64,000 nucleotides of DNA, taken from the NCBI GenBank assembly GCA_945860275.1, contig CAMAPN010000002.1:29769-93768 (forward strand), written 5' to 3'. This stretch comes from Bifidobacterium breve. GTDB lineage: Bacteria; Actinomycetota; Actinomycetes; Nanopelagicales; Nanopelagicaceae. Position 1 is the stretch's first letter; every line of letters begins with the position of its first letter. A program made the position numbers and the translations under genes. Of this stretch, positions 18,985 to 29,845 are shown in pieces. A model generated the notes under the pieces. That model was not told the origin of the DNA. It saw nothing but the letters and a program-made list of their open reading frames with translations, and ran no database searches.

Positions 18985-19554
18985 TTATGCCCGAATCTGG
19001 ACCCCACTAGATTTAGCCAGGATTTCGCCAGTATTGGCTACTGCTAGCCCCTGCCCCTCTGGCAGCCCATAGAGCAGGCCAGGTCGGGCCGGTAATTCAC
19101 CAGTGAAGTGCACCAACGCTTCAAACTCTCCCAAAGCAAGCCCAGGGTGCCATGTGCCGCCCATCGTAAAGCCGCGCCCTAAGACCATCGCCCCTGCGCT
19201 CGCGCCATAAAGCACACCGCGCTGGAAGAACTCCTCGAGCTCGGCTTTATGCGGTGCCAACTCGCTCAGAAGTTTCACCGGTGAGCCACCAGGAAGGATC
19301 AGCGCATCTAGTTCAGCCAACGATGCTGTTGAAATCTCTGAGATGTCTATGAGCTCCACACCATGTAAAGAAAAATACCCTGATGCAAATGCAACCGTTG
19401 CAACTTTATCCCGCTCACTCACGCTAGCGCCGGGAAAAATTCCGACGCGAGCGCCAATTATTGATTTAATGAAGAAATTGTCGAATTCAAAAGTCTCGTC
19501 ATCATCAGCATGAAATTCATTTCCACCATGAAGGAATAGCGTTGCGCGTAACAA
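18985..19554 (-). CDS. type 1 glutamine amidotransferase-like / peptidase S51-family protein
   Basis: LFLHGG near the N-terminus, ILPGGSP, and the nucleophile-elbow-like YGASAGAMVLG. The start is TTG, with no ATG nearby. Confidence 0.6.
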   Translation of the reverse strand: MLRATLFLHGGNEFHADDDETFEFDNFFIKSIIGARVGIFPGASVSERDKVATVAFASGYFSLHGVELIDISEISTASLAELDALILPGGSPVKLLSELAPHKAELEEFFQRGVLYGASAGAMVLGRGFTMGGTWHPGLALGEFEALVHFTGELPARPGLLYGLPEGQGLAVANTGEILAKSSGVQIRA

Positions 19555-19561
19555 GGGGTAC

Positions 19562-20059
19562 TCAGAGAACCTTTAACATTCGCGTATTCCCTAACGTATT
19601 TGGTTTCACTGATTCGAGATCGAGGAACTCCGCGATTCCTTCGTCGTACGAACGAAGTAATTGTTGATATACCTCAGGTGCAACCGGTGCACCTTGAATC
19701 TCGACAAAACCATGCTTAGCAAAGAAGTCAGTTTCGAAAGTGAGGCAGAACAATCTTTTAACGCCAATTTCGATTGCGCGCGTGATGATTCGATCAAGAA
19801 TCATGTGTCCGATGCCGTGTTTGCGCAAGCTTTCACGGACCGCCATGGTGCGAACTTCCGCAAGATCTTCCCAGAGAATATGAAGCGCTCCACATCCGAC
19901 AACTTCACCATCGAGCTCAGCAATAGTGAACTCCTGAACATCTTCGTAGAGCGTTACAGTTTCTTTCGAAAGCAAACGACGCTGTAGCGCATATTCATCG
20001 ATCATCTCTCTGATAGTTTTGATATCAGAGGTCTTTGCAGGTCTGATTATTGGATTCAT
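19562..20059 (-). CDS. GNAT amino-acid N-acetyltransferase (short ArgA-like)
   Basis: 165 aa. The acetyl-CoA motif is RKHGIGHMILDRII. Overall it resembles the short mycobacterial N-acetylglutamate synthase type. There is an ATGA overlap with lysS. Confidence 0.7.
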   Translation of the reverse strand: MNPIIRPAKTSDIKTIREMIDEYALQRRLLSKETVTLYEDVQEFTIAELDGEVVGCGALHILWEDLAEVRTMAVRESLRKHGIGHMILDRIITRAIEIGVKRLFCLTFETDFFAKHGFVEIQGAPVAPEVYQQLLRSYDEGIAEFLDLESVKPNTLGNTRMLKVL

Positions 20060-21564
20060 TCGGGTTTAACTAACGGAAAGAGAATTGTTTCGCGGATGCC
20101 AAGGCCGGTTAGCGCCATGAGTAAACGATCAACACCCATTCCCACTCCCGCAGTCGGAGGCATTCCTACTTCGAGCGCACGCAAGAAGTCTTCATCAAGT
20201 GCCATTGCTTCAAGGTCACCCTTGGCGCCAAGTTGAGCTTGCGCCAAAAGACGATCGCGTTGGATAACTGGATCCACCAATTCTGAGTAGCCAGTCGCTA
20301 ATTCGAAACCATCTACATAGAGATCCCACTTTTCTACAACCCCTGGAAGCTCGCGATGGCTGCGCACCAGTGGTGAAGTATCTACCGGATATCCCATGAC
20401 GAAAGTAGGACCAGTAAAGGTTTCGATTACTAGATGTTCAAAAAGCTCTTCGACAAGTTTGCCGTGAATCCATTTTGGATCAACGCTTAGCCCAACCTTC
20501 TTTGCATGCTCAACCAACTTCTCGTAGGAGGTGTGCGGTGCTACCTCTTCACCCAATGCCTGCGAAACCGAATCAAAGAGTGAAATTTCTTGCCACGTGC
20601 CACCAAGATTGCTCTCCCGGCCATCGAAGTGTTTGACAACAGTGCTGCCAAAGATCGAACTGGCTGCCTCTTGCACCAGACCACGCGTGAGTTCCATTCC
20701 ATCACGCCAGTCACCATATGCTTGATAAGACTCGATCATTGCGAATTCAGGAGAGTGGCTCGAATCGGCGCCCTCGTTCCTAAAGTTTCGGTTAATCTCA
20801 AAGACGCGTTCAATTCCACCGACAAGACAGCGCTTGAGGTACAACTCGGGTGCAATCCTTAAGAAGAGCTCCATGTCATATGCATTGATATGCGTCTTGA
20901 ATGGACGTGCTGCCGCGCCACCATGAAGCACCTGCAACATTGGAGTCTCGACTTCGACAAACTCCCGCGAAGCAAATGAAGAACGCAACGAAGTCATAAC
21001 TGCTGGTCGTAATCGCGCAATAGTTCTCGCTTCAGGACGGACAATCAAATCTACATATCTTTGTCGGACTCGCGTCTCCTCAGAGAGCGGTTTATGTTCG
21101 ACCGGAAGAGGGCGAAGCGCTTTTGCCGCCATCTGCCAACTGGTTGCGAGCACCGAAAGTTCACCGCGTTTAGAGGTGATGATTTCACCGGTGACGCTAA
21201 CAAGATCACCTAAATCGACGAAAGATTTCCATGCTTCTAAAATTTCAGCACCAACTTGATCAAGAGAGAACATCGCTTGAAGTTCGGTGCCATCCCCTTC
21301 GCGCAACGTTGCAAAAGCAAGCTTGCCTGTGTCACGTTTGAAAATGACTCGTCCAGTTACGCTCTCGGTTGCACCGCTCTTAACATCTACTTCTAAGTGA
21401 CCGAATTTCTCACGAACAGCCTTCAAGGACATCGTTCTTGGCACGGCAACTGGGTAGGGCTCCTGCCCGTTAGCTAACAGTGAATCGCGTTTTTGGCGGC
21501 GAACTTGCATCTGCTCCGGAAGATCATCGACCTCGGAGGCGCCATTGAGCTCTGATTCCGCCAT
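20056..21564 (-). CDS. lysS: lysine--tRNA ligase (class II)
   Basis: OB-fold N-domain and class II motifs (FRNEG; GGIERVFEINRNFRNEG; GMGVDRL); 502 aa. Confidence 0.95.
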   Translation of the reverse strand: MAESELNGASEVDDLPEQMQVRRQKRDSLLANGQEPYPVAVPRTMSLKAVREKFGHLEVDVKSGATESVTGRVIFKRDTGKLAFATLREGDGTELQAMFSLDQVGAEILEAWKSFVDLGDLVSVTGEIITSKRGELSVLATSWQMAAKALRPLPVEHKPLSEETRVRQRYVDLIVRPEARTIARLRPAVMTSLRSSFASREFVEVETPMLQVLHGGAAARPFKTHINAYDMELFLRIAPELYLKRCLVGGIERVFEINRNFRNEGADSSHSPEFAMIESYQAYGDWRDGMELTRGLVQEAASSIFGSTVVKHFDGRESNLGGTWQEISLFDSVSQALGEEVAPHTSYEKLVEHAKKVGLSVDPKWIHGKLVEELFEHLVIETFTGPTFVMGYPVDTSPLVRSHRELPGVVEKWDLYVDGFELATGYSELVDPVIQRDRLLAQAQLGAKGDLEAMALDEDFLRALEVGMPPTAGVGMGVDRLLMALTGLGIRETILFPLVKPE

Positions 21565-21581
21565 GAGTAGAGGGTACCGGC

Positions 21582-22352
21582 TTAGTGGTTGCGCTCGTGG
21601 ACAAGTCGCAACCCAATGAGCGTGAGATCTGGCTCATGGAAATCGACCGTTTCACACTCGTCAATCACGAGGCTGGCAAGTCCCCCGGTTGCCACTACGG
21701 TGATGTGTGCGCCGCCGCTTTCGGCTAACTCATCGCTGATTCTACGAACAAGTCCATCGACCTGCCCCGCAAAGCCATAAATAGTTCCAGATTGCAGAGC
21801 TTCTACGGTGTTCTTTCCAATTGGTGATCGCGGCTTGATTAACTCGACCTTGCGCAACTGTGCAGCGCGTGAAGCAAGAGCATCGACGGAGATTTCGATT
21901 CCTGGCGCAAGTGCGCCACCCAAAAACTCACCTTTGACTGAGACGACATCAAGATTCGTTGATGTTCCAAAATCAACAACAATCACTGCGCCGTCTGCGC
22001 CAAATAATGTGTGCGCCGCCAAAGTATTTGCAATTCGATCTGAACCAATCTCCTTAGGATTATCAACCAAAAGAGGTACGCCAGTCTTTATGCCAGGCTC
22101 CAAAATTGTTGATGGAACATTTGAGTAATGTCGGGTGAGCATGGTGCGCAGCTCGCGCAAGACCGCAGGTACTGTCGAACAGAGTGAGATGCCATCAATC
22201 TCATAATCTTCGACTAGTGATCGATATTTGATCCATAATTCATCGGCAGTATCACGAGTATCTGTTTTTACTCGCCATGAGTGGAGAATTTTGTCACCAG
22301 CAAAGATGCCTAGAACTGTGTTGGTATTACCCACATCGATTGTTAGCAACAT
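21582..22352 (-). CDS. coaX: type III pantothenate kinase
   Basis: MLLTIDVGNTN, VVDFGTSTN and ATGGLA motifs; 256 aa. There is a TAATG overlap with nadC. Confidence 0.93.
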   Translation of the reverse strand: MLLTIDVGNTNTVLGIFAGDKILHSWRVKTDTRDTADELWIKYRSLVEDYEIDGISLCSTVPAVLRELRTMLTRHYSNVPSTILEPGIKTGVPLLVDNPKEIGSDRIANTLAAHTLFGADGAVIVVDFGTSTNLDVVSVKGEFLGGALAPGIEISVDALASRAAQLRKVELIKPRSPIGKNTVEALQSGTIYGFAGQVDGLVRRISDELAESGGAHITVVATGGLASLVIDECETVDFHEPDLTLIGLRLVHERNH

Positions 22353-23197
22353 TATTTAACCTCACTTATATCAAGGCCGATATCAAGAATCGGAGCGGAG
22401 TGTGTGATTGCACCTACTGCTATGTAGTCCACGCCAGATTCGGCATAGTCGCGGACTTGTTCCAAAGAAATCCCACCTGATGCCTCTAACTTGACCCGAC
22501 CATTTGTGAAGTCGACTGCTTCACGACATTGTTCTGGCGTCATGTTGTCAAGCAATACTTCTGCAACTCCAGCAGAAATTGCTTCTTCTAATTGATCTAA
22601 CCGATCGATCTCTACCTCAATCAAAATCCCAGGGAAATGATTCTTTATCGCGGCAACGGCGGCGGTAATTCCACCAACCGCTGCGATGTGGTTATCTTTG
22701 ATTAATGCGCTCTCAGCAAGATTGAGCCGATGATTTACACCACCACCGCAGAGAACTGCATACTTCTCTAGATCTCGCCAACCTGGAGTTGTTTTACGGG
22801 TATCGCGAATCTTCGCTTTGGTCCCCGAGATTGCTTCGACCCAAGTATTAGCTGCCGTCGAAATTCCCGAGAGTCGGGAGAGAAAATTCAAGGCCGTTCG
22901 CTCTGCCACAAGCATCTCACGCGTGTGAGCAGCTATTTTGAGTACCGTAACGTCCGCACCTACTCGATTCCCATCGGATATCCGTGAGAGTACTTCGTAA
23001 CCGCTGGTGCATACCCGATCGATAACAACAATTGCGATATCTATCCCAGAAATTACCCCAGGTTTGCGAGTTCGAAACTCTGCTATGCAGCGTTGAGTTG
23101 CTGGAATCGTCGCAGCTGTGGTGACATCGAGTGCGCCAACAAAATCCTCGGCAATGGCAGCATCGATTCGTTCAATTAATAGCTCTCGATTTATCAT
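22352..23197 (-). CDS. nadC: nicotinate-nucleotide diphosphorylase (carboxylating)
   Basis: 281 aa QPRTase-type sequence (RKTTPG, IKDNHI, LLDNM, EASGGI). There is an ATGA overlap with nadB. Confidence 0.92.
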   Translation of the reverse strand: MINRELLIERIDAAIAEDFVGALDVTTAATIPATQRCIAEFRTRKPGVISGIDIAIVVIDRVCTSGYEVLSRISDGNRVGADVTVLKIAAHTREMLVAERTALNFLSRLSGISTAANTWVEAISGTKAKIRDTRKTTPGWRDLEKYAVLCGGGVNHRLNLAESALIKDNHIAAVGGITAAVAAIKNHFPGILIEVEIDRLDQLEEAISAGVAEVLLDNMTPEQCREAVDFTNGRVKLEASGGISLEQVRDYAESGVDYIAVGAITHSAPILDIGLDISEVK

Positions 23198-24810
23198 GTG
23201 GCAAGCTCCTCAAACCTATGTGATAGCAGGCCAGAGCTATCCATATTTTCAACTATGCGTCGCAACCAATTCTCGGATTCATTTGGGAAATCTTCTCGCC
23301 AATGCGAACCCCGCGTCTCTTCGCGGATAAGCGCAGAGGCGACAATCACCTTGGCAAGAGTAAATAGGTTCGTAGCTTCCCAGGCTTCTACACATGGTTT
23401 ATCGCTATTAGTTTCCCCAATTTTATCTAGATGCTGCGCTGTGCTCTCTAATGATGTTCGCGTGCGAATAACACCCGCGCCCACACTCATCGCATTGGCA
23501 ATCTCGGTACGTGCCTCTGGCACGATCAGAATTTCGCTACTCGACATCATCACCGGTTCCTCGCGCTTAAGTTTGCGCAAAGTTAAGTGAATATCATCGG
23601 CAATTCGAGCAGCAAAGACCAGCCCTTCCAATAGCGAATTGGAAGCTAATCGATTGGCGCCATGAACACCTGTGCATGCTGTTTCACCGCATGCGTATAA
23701 CCCTGGAACTGAAGAACGGCCAGCGAGATCGACGCGAACACCGCCAGAGGCATAGTGAGCCGCCGGCGCCACTGGAATCAAATCCCGATCAGGATTGATT
23801 CCATGGTCAATACACGATTGATAGATATTGGGAAAACGTTCGGAAAAGTTCGCAATCTTGCTGACATCAAGCCAGACATGGCGCGCGCCACTCTTTAACA
23901 TTTGGCTCATGATGGCTTTTGCCACGATATCGCGCGGAGCCAGGTCAGCAAGTGGGTGCACTCCCACCATGAACTGCTCTTTTGCATCATTGAGCAAGAT
24001 CGCGCCTTCACCACGAACGGCCTCGCTAATTAAAGGCTGTTGCCCAGAACTCTTCGCGCCTAGATAGAGAACTGTTGGATGAAATTGAATGAATTCAACA
24101 TCTGCCACATCTGCACCAGCACGTAGGGCAAGCGCGACTCCATCTCCTGTCGAAACGGAAGGGTTCGTTGTTTGCGCAAAGACTTGACCTAGTCCACCAG
24201 TGCCTAAAATCACCGCTTTCGCAAGCGCACGTCCAACGCCATCGCGCGAACCTTCACCAATTACGTGAAGCGTGACGCCACACACTCTTCCAGATTCACT
24301 CTTTAGCGCATCGAGTACAAGAGCATGTTCAATTACTTCAATGCCGGGATCATCAGTCACTGCTGCAAGAAGTGCGCGTGAAATTTCGGCACCAGTTGCA
24401 TCACCACCGGCATGCAAAATTCGATTCTTTAAGTGGCCACCTTCGCGAGTTAATGCGATTTCCCCGCTCGCTGCGCGATCGAATACAGCTCCACGTGCAA
24501 TCAACCGTGCGACAGCTTCTGGTCCCTCTGTCACCAGCGCGTGCACAGCTTTACGATCACAAAGTCCTGCACCAGCTTTCAAAGTATCGGCCTCATGCTC
24601 AGCCGGTGAATCGCCAGGGCCAAGCGCTGCTGCGATTCCACCTTGTGCCCACTTTGTTGATCCTTCATCGACGCGCGCTTTAGTTACCAGCAATACTGAA
24701 TAGCCATAAGCACGAATTTGCAGCGCAGTTGTAAGCCCTGCAATTCCAGAACCCACAATGATCACATCTGAAGTGATAGTCCAGCCAGGACGTGGCGCGA
24801 GAAGTTTCAT
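23194..24810 (-). CDS. nadB: L-aspartate oxidase
   Basis: FAD motif VIIVGSGIAGL, plus QGGIAA, FHPT and RGSHWREDFP; 538 aa. Confidence 0.93.
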   Translation of the reverse strand: MKLLAPRPGWTITSDVIIVGSGIAGLTTALQIRAYGYSVLLVTKARVDEGSTKWAQGGIAAALGPGDSPAEHEADTLKAGAGLCDRKAVHALVTEGPEAVARLIARGAVFDRAASGEIALTREGGHLKNRILHAGGDATGAEISRALLAAVTDDPGIEVIEHALVLDALKSESGRVCGVTLHVIGEGSRDGVGRALAKAVILGTGGLGQVFAQTTNPSVSTGDGVALALRAGADVADVEFIQFHPTVLYLGAKSSGQQPLISEAVRGEGAILLNDAKEQFMVGVHPLADLAPRDIVAKAIMSQMLKSGARHVWLDVSKIANFSERFPNIYQSCIDHGINPDRDLIPVAPAAHYASGGVRVDLAGRSSVPGLYACGETACTGVHGANRLASNSLLEGLVFAARIADDIHLTLRKLKREEPVMMSSSEILIVPEARTEIANAMSVGAGVIRTRTSLESTAQHLDKIGETNSDKPCVEAWEATNLFTLAKVIVASALIREETRGSHWREDFPNESENWLRRIVENMDSSGLLSHRFEELAT

Positions 24811-25637
24811 GAGCGCCCCTTCACATGATGTGCGAAATTATCGATTAACCGCACCGATCCTATCCATCCAGCTAATAAAACCTGAACTTGTCCGGTGAAA
24901 TCACTAGACACCGGAAGGAGCGTCCGCGGATCAACAATTTCCGCATAATCGAGGGTAAATCCACTCTGTGCCGAGAACACCTTATCTAGCGCATCCTGTA
25001 CATCAGAGATGGAATTAAGCTTCCGCGTCGCTTTCTGGGCTCTTGGCAATACCTGTGCAATTTCCAATTCATCGCTACTCAATCTGCTATTTCGAGAGGA
25101 GAGCGCAATGCCATTTCCATCCCGAATCGTCTCTCCCGTAATAATTGAAATGGTAGGAAATTGCTGTTCTGCAAATTTCTTGATGAGGAAAAGTTGTTGG
25201 AAATCTTTCTCGCCAAACATTGCATAACGCGGATTTACTAATGTGAATAATCTATTGATCACGGTAAGCACCCCAGAGAAGTGATTAGGGCGCGAGGCAC
25301 CTTCATACAGATCGCCGAGCGGCCCTGCAGAAATTAACTGAACATTCGCTAAACCTTCGGGATAGATTTCTTCGACCGATGGCGTCCATAGATAATCGGC
25401 GCCAGCGCCTGCAGCTAATTCCAAATCTTGAGAGAGCGTCTTGGGATACTTCGCTAAATCCGTGCTTGATTCAAATTGAGTTGGATTGACATAGACACTC
25501 ACCAGAACGCGCTTGCCAAACTTTTTTGCACTCTTAATTAACGCCAGATGTCCATCATGAAGCGCGCCCATAGTTGGCACGAAGGCGAGCTCTTCAACGG
25601 GCTCACTCCATACCGCTAGGTCCTTTAGGTGCTGCAT
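24807..25637 (-). CDS. panC: pantoate--beta-alanine ligase
   Basis: FVPTMGALHDGH, VSVYVNPTQF, FGEKDFQQ and SSRN motifs; 276 aa. Confidence 0.94.
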   Translation of the reverse strand: MQHLKDLAVWSEPVEELAFVPTMGALHDGHLALIKSAKKFGKRVLVSVYVNPTQFESSTDLAKYPKTLSQDLELAAGAGADYLWTPSVEEIYPEGLANVQLISAGPLGDLYEGASRPNHFSGVLTVINRLFTLVNPRYAMFGEKDFQQLFLIKKFAEQQFPTISIITGETIRDGNGIALSSRNSRLSSDELEIAQVLPRAQKATRKLNSISDVQDALDKVFSAQSGFTLDYAEIVDPRTLLPVSSDFTGQVQVLLAGWIGSVRLIDNFAHHVKGRS

Positions 25638-25688
25638 TTTCGGCTCCAGTCCGCTTGGGGTACCAGGCGGTAAAAGCGTATCGCGCTC

Positions 25689-26141
25689 TTACAGGTTCGC
25701 CAAAAGCTCGGCGACTGGTCCTGCGCCAGGTAGATAGGCATCTGGATCGATTTCCAGCCAAGGCGCAAGCACAAATGTGCGCATAGCCGCCCGCGGATGC
25801 GGCAGCGTCAAGATTTCACTCTCGTGTACTAGTTGATCACACGTGATCAGATCAATATCAAGAGTGCGTGGGCCCCATCTCACCTCGTCATTGTCTCGGG
25901 TGCGCCCAAAAACTCTTTCAATCGCCTGACAGACCATAAGTAATTCCTCTGGTTCAAGTTGCGTCTCTAGTATCAAAACCGCATTGAGATAATCAGGCTG
26001 GGGTGGACCTCCAACTGGCCGATTAGATAAGAAGTTGGATAGCGCAACTACTTCGCCGACTTCATTGAGCGCTTCTGCGGCAGCGCTGAGAATCGATTCG
26101 CGGTCGCCAAGGTTCGAACCAAGCGCGAGCACCGCTCTCAT
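25689..26141 (-). CDS. folK: 2-amino-4-hydroxy-6-hydroxymethyldihydropteridine diphosphokinase
   Basis: ALGSNLGDR, GPRTLDIDL and LPHPR motifs; 150 aa. Confidence 0.92.
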   Translation of the reverse strand: MRAVLALGSNLGDRESILSAAAEALNEVGEVVALSNFLSNRPVGGPPQPDYLNAVLILETQLEPEELLMVCQAIERVFGRTRDNDEVRWGPRTLDIDLITCDQLVHESEILTLPHPRAAMRTFVLAPWLEIDPDAYLPGAGPVAELLANL

Positions 26142-26497
26142 CTCTTACGCTCTACAACCACTGCAACGTCGAGAAACTCCACTGGTATTGGCGCCTGGGG
26201 TTTGTGAACTGTGACGACCACTCGCTGCACCCGACGAAATTTCTTCAAGATCAAATCAGCAATCTTTCCCGCAACCGCCTCAATCAAATTAAATGGTGCT
26301 CCTTCGACTACCTCTTTCGCCACTAGGGCTATCTCTGCATAGTTAACGGTCTTGGAAAGATCATCAGATTTAATAGCACTGTTGAGGTTTGCATGCAGCT
26401 CTACATCGATTACAAAATCCTGACCTATTGCGCGTTCCTCAGAGAGAACGCCATGAAAACCGAAAGCCCTGATCCCGGTGATGAGAATTTTATCCAT
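26138..26497 (-). CDS. folB: dihydroneopterin aldolase
   Basis: 119 aa with GFHGVLSEER..GQ.F and a TV-x-KP end. It sits in the folP-folB-folK order. Confidence 0.9.
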   Translation of the reverse strand: MDKILITGIRAFGFHGVLSEERAIGQDFVIDVELHANLNSAIKSDDLSKTVNYAEIALVAKEVVEGAPFNLIEAVAGKIADLILKKFRRVQRVVVTVHKPQAPIPVEFLDVAVVVERKR

Positions 26498-27290
26498 TAA
26501 AAGAAACCTTTACTTTCTCAACTTGTGCAATCGCTTCCTTATGTGGCCGCACCGAATGCGTTCGCACCGCCCACACTCCTTGGGATGCGCAAAATGATGT
26601 TACTGCAACGCTCGCCTCTTCACGTTCCTCTGGTTTGAGGTTCTCACCAAGAAATCGCTTTCGCGATGCGCCGATCAGAATAGGTAGCCCGAGTTCAGAT
26701 AGTTGTTCGATTCCACGGAGTAACTCCCAGTTCTGGGCAGGCAATTTGGAGAAACCGATGCCTGGATCGACTATCAACTGCTCTCGCCTTACTCCAGCTG
26801 CAATTAGGGCAGATATTCGCACTTCTAGTTCACTGCAAACTTCTGCGACTACATCCTGGTACTCGCTCTTGTCCATCATATTCGCCGAATGACCGCGCCA
26901 ATGCATAGCTACATATCGCACATCGCTCTGCGCAATTACTGATGACATTTTTTCATCAGCTAATCCACCGCTCACATCATTGATGAAATGAACACCTAAT
27001 TCAATGGCCGCTGCTGCGACGCTAGCGCGCATCGTGTCGAGGCTCACCGTTGCGCCAAGTGCAAGCGCCTCTTTTACAACTGGTAACACCCGAGCGCGTT
27101 CATCTTCTTCTGAAACGCGAGTAGCTCCGGGGCGCGTTGATTCACCGCCAATATCAACAATATCTACCTCTTCTGAAAGCATCTGCGATATTCGAGAGCT
27201 TGCATCGCGCAGCTCAAGGTATTTACCACCATCCGCAAAAGAATCCGGTGTGACATTTACAATTCCCATGACCAACGTGTGGGTTGCCAT
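26490..27290 (-). CDS. folP: dihydropteroate synthase
   Basis: GIVNVTPDSF, DIGGESTRPG, INDVSG and GASRKRF motifs; 266 aa. Confidence 0.94.
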   Translation of the reverse strand: MATHTLVMGIVNVTPDSFADGGKYLELRDASSRISQMLSEEVDIVDIGGESTRPGATRVSEEDERARVLPVVKEALALGATVSLDTMRASVAAAAIELGVHFINDVSGGLADEKMSSVIAQSDVRYVAMHWRGHSANMMDKSEYQDVVAEVCSELEVRISALIAAGVRREQLIVDPGIGFSKLPAQNWELLRGIEQLSELGLPILIGASRKRFLGENLKPEEREEASVAVTSFCASQGVWAVRTHSVRPHKEAIAQVEKVKVSFNG

Positions 27291-27294
27291 AGCG

Positions 27295-27915
27295 CTACCT
27301 ACCGAGAATCAGACTTAGCGCCTCTGCACGCGTGGTGGCATCTCGGAGAATTCCCCGGACTGCACTTGTCGTTGTTCGCGCTTTTGGTTTCTTTGCACCA
27401 CGCATTGACATACATAGATGTTCAGCATCGATGATGACAATTGCACCAGCAACCTCAAGAATCTCAACAAGCGCATCAGCTATTTGAGTAGTGAGCCGTT
27501 CTTGCACTTGCGGCCTACGTGCAAATAGGTCAACAACTCTCGCTAGCTTAGAGAGTCCGGTAATTCGTCCTGATTCTCCTGGGATATAACCGATGTGTGC
27601 TAGACCATGAAATGGAGTGAGATGATGCTCGCAATGCGAGAAGATCTCGATATCGCGAACGATAATCAACTCTCGATGTCCAGCATCAAAAGTTGTCGTG
27701 AGGACCTCTTCTGGTGACATCCACAAGCCGGCGAAGTTCTCGCGGAACGCTCGAGCAACGCGCGCGGGCGTATCTTTTAATCCGTCGCGTTCTGGATCCT
27801 CGCCCAGCGCAAGGAGTAATTCTCGAACCGCTCGCTCTGCACGCTCCTGATCGAAAGGCGCGCTTGCTTTACCCTCAAATGGAGAGGTAAAAGAAATGGG
27901 AGTTATCTCATCCAT
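27295..27915 (-). CDS. folE: GTP cyclohydrolase I
   Basis: [11 protein letters not shown] and HLCMSMRG motifs; 206 aa. Confidence 0.95.
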   Translation of the reverse strand: MDEITPISFTSPFEGKASAPFDQERAERAVRELLLALGEDPERDGLKDTPARVARAFRENFAGLWMSPEEVLTTTFDAGHRELIIVRDIEIFSHCEHHLTPFHGLAHIGYIPGESGRITGLSKLARVVDLFARRPQVQERLTTQIADALVEILEVAGAIVIIDAEHLCMSMRGAKKPKARTTTSAVRGILRDATTRAEALSLILGR

Positions 27916-29839
27916 TTGCTGGCTTCTCAGATTTCTCGAAAACTACAGGCGGCTGCTTAGAGGGTTTACGGTCTTTCGAGCCGGTCCAGGGTTTGCGTGC
28001 TGGCCACTGCGCAACTTTTGCGAATATCTGCGATACCTCATCTTTTTCGAGGGTTTCCCGCTCCATCAACTCCAAGACAAGGTTGTCTAACACCTCTCGA
28101 TTTGCCACAAGAATCTCGTACGCCTCTTGATGCGCGTTATCAATTAACTCTCGAACCTCTTCGTCGATAATTCCAGCAATTTCCTCGGAGTAATCACGTT
28201 GATGGCCGTAACTCATTCCGACAAAAGGCTCACCACTAACCGTGCCAAGTTTTATCGCACCAATTCGCTCACTCAAACCATATTCCATCACCATTGCGCG
28301 CGAGAGCGCAGTTGCCTTCTCAATATCGTTTGCAGCACCAGTAGTTGGATCATGAAATATCAATTCCTCTGCCGCACGCCCACCTAACGTGTACGCCAAT
28401 TCGTCGAGCATTTGATTTCGAGATTTAGAGTATCTATCTTCATCGGGAAGAACCATCGTGTAACCAAGAGCTCTTCCTCTTGGCATGATGGTTATCTTCT
28501 GCACTGGGTCGGTATTCGGTAGCGCATGTGCGACGAGCGCATGTCCACCTTCGTGGTAGGCAGTAATCAATCGCTCCTTCTCATTCATTAAGCGACTAAC
28601 TTTCTGCGGACCAGCCATCACCCGATCTATTGATTCTCCCAGCGCCTCATTGGTAATGGTGTCGAGATCTTTACGCGCAGTGAGAAGCGCAGCCTCGTTC
28701 ACTACGTTTGCAAGATCAGCTCCGGTAAAACCAGGAGTGCGTCGAGCAAGGCTTAACAAATCCACATCCTCAGAGAGCGGTTTATTCTGAGCATGAATTT
28801 TCAAAATAGCTTCTCGACCTTTTAAGTCAGGGCGATCTACAGGAATCTGTCGGTCGAACCGACCAGGGCGCAATAGCGCAGGATCAAGGATGTCTGGGCG
28901 ATTGGTTGCAGCAATCATGATTACCGAACCATTTGCTTCGAAACCATCCATTTCGACAAGGAGTTGATTGAGCGTCTGCTCGCGCTCGTCATGGCCACCA
29001 CCCATGCCAGCTCCACGATGGCGACCCACCGCATCAATCTCATCGACAAAAACGATTGCAGGCGCATTGGCCTTGGCTTGCGTGAACATATCGCGGACCC
29101 GGGCAGCGCCAACACCAACGAACATCTCGACGAAATCAGAGCCTGAAATGGAGAAGAATGGAACATTCGCCTCACCAGCGACTGCTCGTGCGAGCAAGGT
29201 TTTTCCTGTTCCCGGCGGACCGTAAAGCAGAACTCCTTTGGGGATTTTTGCTCCTAGTTTCTGATACTTCGTTGGGTCAACGAGAAAGTCTTTAATTTCG
29301 CGGAGCTCTTCAATTGCTTCGTCAGCTCCCGCTACATCAGTAAATTTTGTTTGTGGCTTATCTTTCTCATTCAACTTTGCACGAGAACGCCCAAACTGGA
29401 ACGCTCTTCCGCCACCTTGTGCTCGAGAAATTAGATAAAAGAATAGAAAAGCAATAAGTACAAATGGAATTAACGTGAATAAGAGTGAAACCAGAAGAGA
29501 TTGTCGAGTGACTTTTACATTCCATTTATTTGGTGGTGGATTTTCGCTAAGTATCTTTACGAGTTCGACTTCTTGATTAGCTAAATATGATGCTTGCAAT
29601 TTCGATGAGTCTGAGATTTTCACACCGCTTTTTAGGACTACTCGAATCTGCTGATCTTGCGCCAGAAGTAAGGCAGAATCGACTTGGCTAGCAGTTATTG
29701 CGCCGATGATTGTTTGCGTATCGACCTCTTTGAATGACTTTCCGATATTAGAAATCTGGGAGTACCCAAAGAAAAGCAAGATCGCGAGAAGAATCCATAT
29801 GATGGGATTCTTTAACGCTACAACAAAACGCTTCTTCAT
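27908..29839 (-). CDS. ftsH: ATP-dependent zinc metalloprotease FtsH
   Basis: Two N-terminal TM helices, Walker A GPPGTGKT, an SRH region, and the zinc site HEGGHAL; 643 aa. Confidence 0.97.
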   Translation of the reverse strand: MKKRFVVALKNPIIWILLAILLFFGYSQISNIGKSFKEVDTQTIIGAITASQVDSALLLAQDQQIRVVLKSGVKISDSSKLQASYLANQEVELVKILSENPPPNKWNVKVTRQSLLVSLLFTLIPFVLIAFLFFYLISRAQGGGRAFQFGRSRAKLNEKDKPQTKFTDVAGADEAIEELREIKDFLVDPTKYQKLGAKIPKGVLLYGPPGTGKTLLARAVAGEANVPFFSISGSDFVEMFVGVGAARVRDMFTQAKANAPAIVFVDEIDAVGRHRGAGMGGGHDEREQTLNQLLVEMDGFEANGSVIMIAATNRPDILDPALLRPGRFDRQIPVDRPDLKGREAILKIHAQNKPLSEDVDLLSLARRTPGFTGADLANVVNEAALLTARKDLDTITNEALGESIDRVMAGPQKVSRLMNEKERLITAYHEGGHALVAHALPNTDPVQKITIMPRGRALGYTMVLPDEDRYSKSRNQMLDELAYTLGGRAAEELIFHDPTTGAANDIEKATALSRAMVMEYGLSERIGAIKLGTVSGEPFVGMSYGHQRDYSEEIAGIIDEEVRELIDNAHQEAYEILVANREVLDNLVLELMERETLEKDEVSQIFAKVAQWPARKPWTGSKDRKPSKQPPVVFEKSEKPANG

Positions 29840-29845
29840 GATCTG

